A DNA stretch of 56,526 bases, filler included, from Squatina squatina (taxonomy: Eukaryota), in NCBI GenBank assembly GCA_031763465.1. It is 4 parts of 4 records of this genome, joined end to end, with 100 filler letters (N's around TTAATTAATTAA, not from the genome) between each part and the next. Parts side by side here need not be neighbours in the genome. Positions count along the whole stretch, not along the records: positions 42,443 to 56,526 come from JARFOE010000194.1; 3 more parts are not named here. One strand, given 5' to 3'. The notes under the pieces are model-generated. The model saw only the letters and a program-made list of their open reading frames with translations. It ran no database searches and was not told the DNA's origin. Position numbers and translations under genes: made by a program. How positions within the stretch are numbered: position 1 is the first letter of the stretch; every line of letters starts with the position of its first letter. This document shows positions 49,926 to 56,526 of this stretch, piece after piece.

Positions 49926-52439
49926 CTTTGGTAAACAAGGGAGTCAAACAAAACAACCAGTTTATGTTTGGATCAAAAATGAGAAACAAAGCAGAGACAC
50001 ACAGGGGCTAGCATTGTGCTGTTTTAAACATTATTAAAGGCACTATGTCCTCCCTCTGGCAACAAAATGCCAATTTCAGCAATAGAGTAGCAGTCTTAAG
50101 TACCAGAGATTATCAATGACGTGGTGCCTTTAATCCTGCCAACTCATGTCTCTGTCGTACTTACAGTATGCCAACTGAAGATAGGCTCTCCTCCTGCCTT
50201 AATGTCTCCACCACAATTCCAGTGCAACAGTATTTACCCATTTGTGTACTTTACAGATTTTTTATGTGTGACTGGAATNNNNNNNNNNNNNNAGAAGGGG
50301 ATGAGAGAGGTATGAAGACAAGCCTTTACAACGGCCACATGCTGAAATATGGGAGGGGAACAATTAAGATCTTTCACTGAATGTACTGCAGCCCTCATAA
50401 AACTTCGCAAATTCTACCCCCCCACCAACTGATGGCCGCTGGAGGGGCTGTGGCCAAAAAACCACTCTTCTAAACACACCTATATTCTAGATGGCAGTCT
50501 GGGAGGCCGGAAAGACCTCAACCGGCCTTGCAACCNNNNNNNNNNNNNNNNNNNNNNNNNNNNNNNNNNNNNNNNNNNNNNNNNNNNNNNNNNNNNNNNN
50601 NNNNNNNNNNNNNNNNNNNNNNNNNNNNNNNNNNNCGTGAGGACCACCCCCTCCAGGAATATGCCCAACCAGAATTGGTGACCCAACCAGTCGCACAGGC
50701 TCTTTCAATCCTGCCGTCTCATGCCACGTTATCTCACGGAGGGTTGCTTGGGCGGACGTTTGTGAACTGGGGCCAGTGATGTGGTGGCGGCTCCAGTGAA
50801 TTAGCCCATGGCAGCCAGACCGAATGCAGTAGCTGGAGGCAACTGCACAGTCAATTGTTTAAGAACAGCCAGAAAAATAATAAAAGCGCTTGCTCTTTTC
50901 ATCCCCCCACGTGTTGGACAAAAACAAAATGTGCAACCACCAGATGGCAGCAAGAGGCATAGCTGGACAATTCCACACACACAACTCTGTACATGACTAA
51001 TTAGGCAGGAACTCCAACAGTTCCACGCTTGTAATGCATTAACTATTTATCTAAAAAAATACATACATTTTAAAGCATTGCATGATGAAAAATGCCGTCC
51101 CATTGTTTCTGTACTGCTGCACGTTTGCAGAAGGTGCCATTTTCAAGCAGACAGCTGCAAGGGATCCAGCTGTGAGTGTGTGAGAGAAGACTGATCATCA
51201 CAGAGCCCTGCTCTGTGGATTTCACTGCCCAGCCTCACAGAAAGAATCTTCCTTTTGCAAGGAAGTGAATACTCGTGGCATACTGCACTGAGAAAACGTT
51301 GCAAGATGCAAGCCTGCGAGATACTTACTGCTCCTGCTTTCTTACCTGCTGCCATGACAGAATGCTGTGGGTCCCGTTGACTTGCTGGCTGCTCCTCTCA
51401 TCAGACCTTTCAATCACTCCTCCCAACACACTGGCTGGGTGCAAACGCTCAGAGGGCTTTAATGGCAATTGGCAGCATCCAGCAACAAACACCTGGTTAA
51501 AGCTGTGTGAGACAACAAGAAAAAAAAGAGAGCAAGATTTTCAGCTGCTGCCAGTAGGAATTCCTCCTCCACCACCACCTCCCAGCACAGATCACAATTT
51601 GCTCAGATAACTTCCTGCACGCTCGCAACAATGCAAAAAAAAAATAAAANNNNNNNNNNNNNNNNNNNNNNNNNNNNNNNNNNNNNNNNNNNNNNNNNNN
51701 NNNNNNNNNNNNNNNNNNNNNNNNNNNNNNNNNNNNNNNNNNNNNNNNNAATACATTGAACTGCAATCCTATTCAATTATCTACTCTAAACATTTCCAAA
51801 GTAGCTTGCTATTATACGCACATATAAAATTCATTACCCTGCCGCATTGAGAATATTTCATGGAGATTTGTCATGTAATTTTAATTTCCACAAATGATGT
51901 AGCTGAATAACTCATGACTGGACTGAACCTTGGTTTCATTTTGAGTGGAAATGAAATCCTATCACACAAGCTGCTGTAAATGATCTCTGTGTAATGTTTG
52001 TGCTTCATTAAAATGATACAGAAAAGTCTTTTTGGGACTTTGGGTTTGGGATTTTGCAGGCTAATAGACTGAAGTATGTGATTAGGCCACTGACGTGAGC
52101 AACAGGGAAATCAGCCTGGGTGCTGCATTCTGCACCCATTCGCATCTGCCCATCGGTTTAAGATTCCTCACACTTCCAGATTTTGGGGGTTTCAGAAAAT
52201 GGCATAAGGTCATTCCGAGAAACCTTTAACAAGATCTATAATAAATAATGGGTTCCCTTTTATGAGGTAGTGCTCCAGCCGAGAATGGTGGTAGGCAGTA
52301 ATATGGTATTTGCATATTGAGCCAGTGANNNNNNNNNNNNNNNNNNNNNNNNNNNNNNNNNNNNNNNNNNNNNNNNNNNNNNNNNNNNNNNNNNNNNNNN
52401 NNNNNNNNNNNNNNNNNNNNNNNNNNNNTCCCGGCAAAA

Positions 52440-52635
52440 CCGGGATGTCTGGTCACCCTATGCCCAGGACACAAAGAGAACGCCCTGTTCTTTGAATAGT
52501 GCCATGGGATTTTTTACCTGAACAGATAGTCAGAGCCACAGTTTAATGCCTCAATCAAAAGGCAGCATCTCCAACAATGCAGCACTGCCTCAACGTTGCA
52601 TTGAAGTGTCGGCTTATGTTAAATGCTTAAGTCTA
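52440..52635 (-). mobile_element. Degenerate DeuSINE core
   Basis: gttctttgaatagtgccatgggattttt...gtttaatgcctcaatcaaaaggcagcatctccaacaatgcagcact matches 2195-2300. Confidence 0.65.
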
Positions 52636-53410
52636 CAGCTTTACTAGTTAATTATCAATTGCACTGCATTGTTTTTCTTCCCAGCCAGTGTATAAGTAAC
52701 AGTTCCATTAACTGCTGCAGTGTTGGGTGACAAGACCATTAAACAGAAGACAACCCAAGATGTGAAACTAATTACGATCTGTTCTGAGCTATAGTTACAA
52801 TAATTGGGGAATTACAGTGCCAAGCTTGCTACACAGAAACCCAACATCTCGCAATTATTAATGAAGATAAACGAGGGCCACAGATTCAGGAGACCAAGCG
52901 CGAGGAACCAACTGTCCCTTTATCATGGGATAGTTGAAGAATAATTTGAGTCACTGTTTCTCCTTCTGTCACAAGTGCTTAAGGGGGCTGCTTGGGAGTA
53001 ACTTACTGAGTTTAAACTGCAGAAAACCATGAATGGGAAGGATCAGTGAGACAATAAAGTTCTAATTTTAATTCAGGGCAGGAGTCAGGCGGGCCAAGGG
53101 CAGGGTGAGCGGTGAACCTGCTTGATGCGGCCGTGTGCTGCAAGCTTTTCTGCCTGACAGGCAGGCAACCTGTCCATCAGGCTGGCTGTCAGGCGGGAAA
53201 CCAGGAGAAAAAATTTAAAAGGCACTGAAAGCTGCATGATGCTCGAGAAACCCTTACTTCCGTGTTCCCATCCATAACTCCTCCCCCCTCTTCAAGGGCA
53301 CAGCCCCGTANNNNNNNNNNNNNNNNNNNNNNNNNNNNNNNNNNNNNNNNNNNNNNNNNNNNNNNNNNNNNNNNNNNNNNNNNNNNNNNNNNNNNNNNNN
53401 NNNNNNNNNN

Positions 53411-53986
53411 CTTAATAAGCCTTCTTGTGGCGCTTTGTCGAATGCCTTCTGAAAGACCATAGATACAGCATCTACTGCACTACCTTGATCAACCTTCTCG
53501 GTTACTTCATCAAAGAATTCAATCAAGTTAGTCAGACATGATTTACCTTTCGCAAGTCCATGCTGGCTCTCCTTGATTAACCTTTGATTAATGCCTTTCC
53601 AAAAAGAAGTTTATTTTTTCCCTGATAATGATTTCCAATAAATTCCACATCACCGATGTCAGGCTGACTGGTCTGTAGTTTCCTGGTTTATCCCTTTCCC
53701 CTTTCTTGAATAGTAGTATAACATTAGTGACCCTCCAGTCCTCCGGCACTGCTCCTGTACCCAGTGAGGATTGAAAGATTGTGACCAGTGGCTCTGCTAT
53801 TTCTACCTTTGCTTCTATCAGTGACCTAGGATGCATTCCATCTGGAGCAGGTGACTTACCAACGTTCAGTAATGCTAATCTTTTTAATATGTCTTTTCTA
53901 TCTATTATTATCCTGTCCATAACTTCCCTCTCCTTCACATCATCCACTTCCTTTGTGAAACAGATGAAAAGTACTCATTTAATACT
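53411..53986 (-). mobile_element. CR1 LINE ORF2 reverse-transcriptase fragment
   Basis: KSPAPDGMHPR...VPEDWRVTNVILLFKKGERDKPGNYRPVSLTSV...SQHG..KGKSCLTNLIEFFDEVTEKVDQGSAVD...FQKAFDK, with disruptions. Confidence 0.93.
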
Positions 53987-55550
53987 NNNNNNNNNNNNNN
54001 NNNNNNNNNNNNNNNNNNNNNNNNNNNNNNNNNNNNNNNNNNNNNNNNNNNNNNNNNNNNNNNNNNNNNNNNNNNNNNNNNNNNNNATCTGCCATGTTCT
54101 CACTTACAATAGAAGATAATTCCGATAGTCTGGGATTTAATCTAGAATGAATCCTCCACTCCCCTACCCGAAATATTTATTTACTTTAACACAAGCTATT
54201 CCAGTGAGGGCAAAGACCTGATTTAAAAATGTACAGTGCACTTCACCGAAGGCCACATTTGTACAATATCTTAGAGTCATCTATGTGCATTAGACATCAT
54301 TTACCGGAAATGACCTAAAGTTAATATTATTCTACAAAGTGTACCAGCGACAGAGAAGAACCGACCTCAGCAGAAGATTAAGTACAAAAACTAACTGATC
54401 ATGTCATATCATTCTTTGCATGCCATCTCAAATGTCTTGAAATTAAAGTTGCCCATCAAGTTGTTGATGGATATCAGAAGGAAGTGAACGAAAAGCTGTC
54501 TCGACAGAGGTTTGTTGCCAACAACATTGGAGTGAAGTCACCACTACAGGTATTTCTAGCACATGCAGGTCTGATGCGACAGCTCCCCTTTCATCTACTT
54601 ATCAGTTCGAGATCATCCAGCCATGATCTCCCTGTCCTCACAGTGTTGTTAAACTGCCAGCAAATAAACAAACGCTTTCCTGGTAGAACGGCACATGAAC
54701 AAATGACCAGTGTGCAGTCCAATTGCAAGAAACTCCGTAAGGGAAATATTCCATTATGAATTGCAATTGAAATCGCAAATCCTGAAACGTTGATGGATAA
54801 AATATGACTGTGAAATCACTGGAGATATATTTTCAAATGACAATGTTCACAACCTTCAAAATAAAATTAAAAGACACTTTTAAGGGCTAAATGGAATTTC
54901 CAAGCCACATACCTTACACTTTAGTATGAAGGTCCCTGGAATTGCAGATTTCTTATCGGTCAGCACAGACTAAGATAACTATTACCTCATGCTTCGCACA
55001 CCTACTGTTCTCTGTCTTTAAGGACCAGCTTGCAATTTGACCGACCATATAAATCTTGACTTCACACCTGCAGCATTCAGAAAGTGAAAATGACATTTTG
55101 TATGCAATTAAATCTGACCTGCAACAACAAAATGCAGGACGCGACTAAATGTTCTGCCAGGTTAAAGAAATTTAGACAACAGCAACTTTTATGTTCCGTC
55201 ACAGAGAACAGTTCAGCTTGTGTTTGCTGCGTTCTCAATACTGACTCCAGAATAGTGCATTCTCTGCTTCTGCTGCCTGCGAGCCCGACTCGAAGCTTCC
55301 TCCTTCAGAACAAAGGATTAGAATCCTGAGACAGATTGCAACCTGTAACTAAACAGCTCCAAACACTTTAAACCATGTGATTTACATAATGAATGCACAG
55401 AGAGAGGAAATGCTTTATAACTGGAGGCAGTAGTTTCCACTTATTTGTGANNNNNNNNNNNNNNNNNNNNNNNNNNNNNNNNNNNNNNNNNNNNNNNNNN
55501 NNNNNNNNNNNNNNNNNNNNNNNNNNNNNNNNNNNNNNNNNNNNNNNNNN

Positions 55551-56232
55551 TTTGAGCAGAATCCACACTTCTGTGTCCCATTTCGTCATCATCCCTCTGA
55601 TGGCCCAGCCTCTTTGTCGACAGCTCCCGAGGTTTAGCATCTACATCCAGCTGAGCAGAGCTTGGAGCATCTTGCGCCTTCCGATGAGGACTTTCCACTG
55701 TTGTCCCTGTCTCCAGCATCTGCTCCTGCTCACATGTGATCTCTGAGACACTAGATGGCAACACAACTATCTGTCTTGATGGTCCCACTGATGTGTGTGC
55801 ATCTGAGCTGGTGCTTGGTGTGCATGCATCCTGTAACATTGCACTTTCAGAGTTCATGACCTCCTCGGAGGAATCTCCTTCCTTCTCCATCTCCACCACC
55901 TGTTAGACACTTGATGGGCCTGTGGGAGATTAAAGACATGAATTAGAACTGTTGTGGTAAGAATATTTTACGTTAATATTATACACATGATCATATTTCA
56001 CTGGCTGCTGACATTAAGTCAACATGAGTGACTATTGTATGTCAGTGGCTGTGTGATATTTAATTCTGTCACAAGGTCGCTGGGAGATCCCTGTCTCTCC
56101 ATCTCCCACTGCAATCAACATCAAAACTCCAGTTATATTAAGTGCTTCCTCCTCTGCAGCTTTGAGCATTGTGATAATTGGAGGGCCACCTCTTGTTCTC
56201 TGACTCTCCCTGGTGTTCTGTGCTCCCTTCTC
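55551..56232 (-). mobile_element. Harbinger Myb/SANT-like accessory gene remnant (spliced; exons ~56073-56232 and 55551-55919)
   Basis: ccttgcag|EKGAQNTRESQRTRGGPPIITMLKAAEEEALNITG...AVGDGETG matches the post-Myb/SANT (N/K)xRExxxTGGGP...LTxxEExxL motif. A second acceptor tctcccacag| precedes an acidic Ser/Thr-rich segment. Confidence 0.65.
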
Positions 56233-56526
56233 CTGCAAGGAGGGAAACAAGGAACCTGTGCATGAGAGTTTTGGAATGAGTGTAAGATATGAATGGACAA
56301 TATTTGTTGAGGGTGACTATGAGAGAGAGGCGTGACATTGCATTAAGATGAGGGTGAGAGTCAGTGGTGGATGATCAGATGGAGATGTGAGGAAATACAT
56401 AGGCAAAGAGAGATGGGTTAATCTGCAAGGTATGTCGGTGTGAGGATCAACGTGCAGGAGTAGGCTTGGGAAGTCAGAGTGATGGGGTTGGGGTGACACA
56501 CAAAGCAGGATGTAGTTGAATGTGGC

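Noticed and set aside
54400-54760. 91-aa plus-strand ORF and a coding-like antisense pattern
   Set aside because: Multiple stops in the minus frames, no convincing splice sites and no recognisable motif.

Overview
This is vertebrate nuclear DNA, most likely from a shark or other cartilaginous fish. The taxon is inferred from the repeat content: SacSINE1-type DeuSINEs, CR1 and L2 LINE remnants, Penelope-type termini and Harbinger remnants. It is not a contiguous locus. Three artificial 100-nt linkers (N44-TTAATTAATTAA-N44 at 12693-12792, 27075-27174 and 42343-42442) join four separate scaffolds, and each scaffold is built from roughly 1-4 kb contigs separated mostly by 100-N placeholder gaps. 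Recognisable coding exons with GT-AG boundaries are: TMEM132C-like (minus), BRAF exon 17, an NWD1-like exon (minus), six collinear DDX11 exons, a long PKDREJ-like GAIN/GPS reading frame, the last exon of PIGA, an ASB9 exon and an ENOX1 exon (minus). Gene identities come from my recall of human orthologues, not from a database search, and repeat boundaries are approximate. I found no convincing new multi-gene system. The best leads are (i) a fold-back Penelope terminus with back-to-back minimal hammerhead-ribozyme motifs, (ii) an old CR1 fragment directly at the 5' edge of an intact PKDREJ-like frame (a gene intronless in mammals), possibly supplying a splice acceptor, (iii) both halves of a Harbinger transposon system plus a putative MITE family, and (iv) a few unassigned exon-like or decayed-ORF segments.
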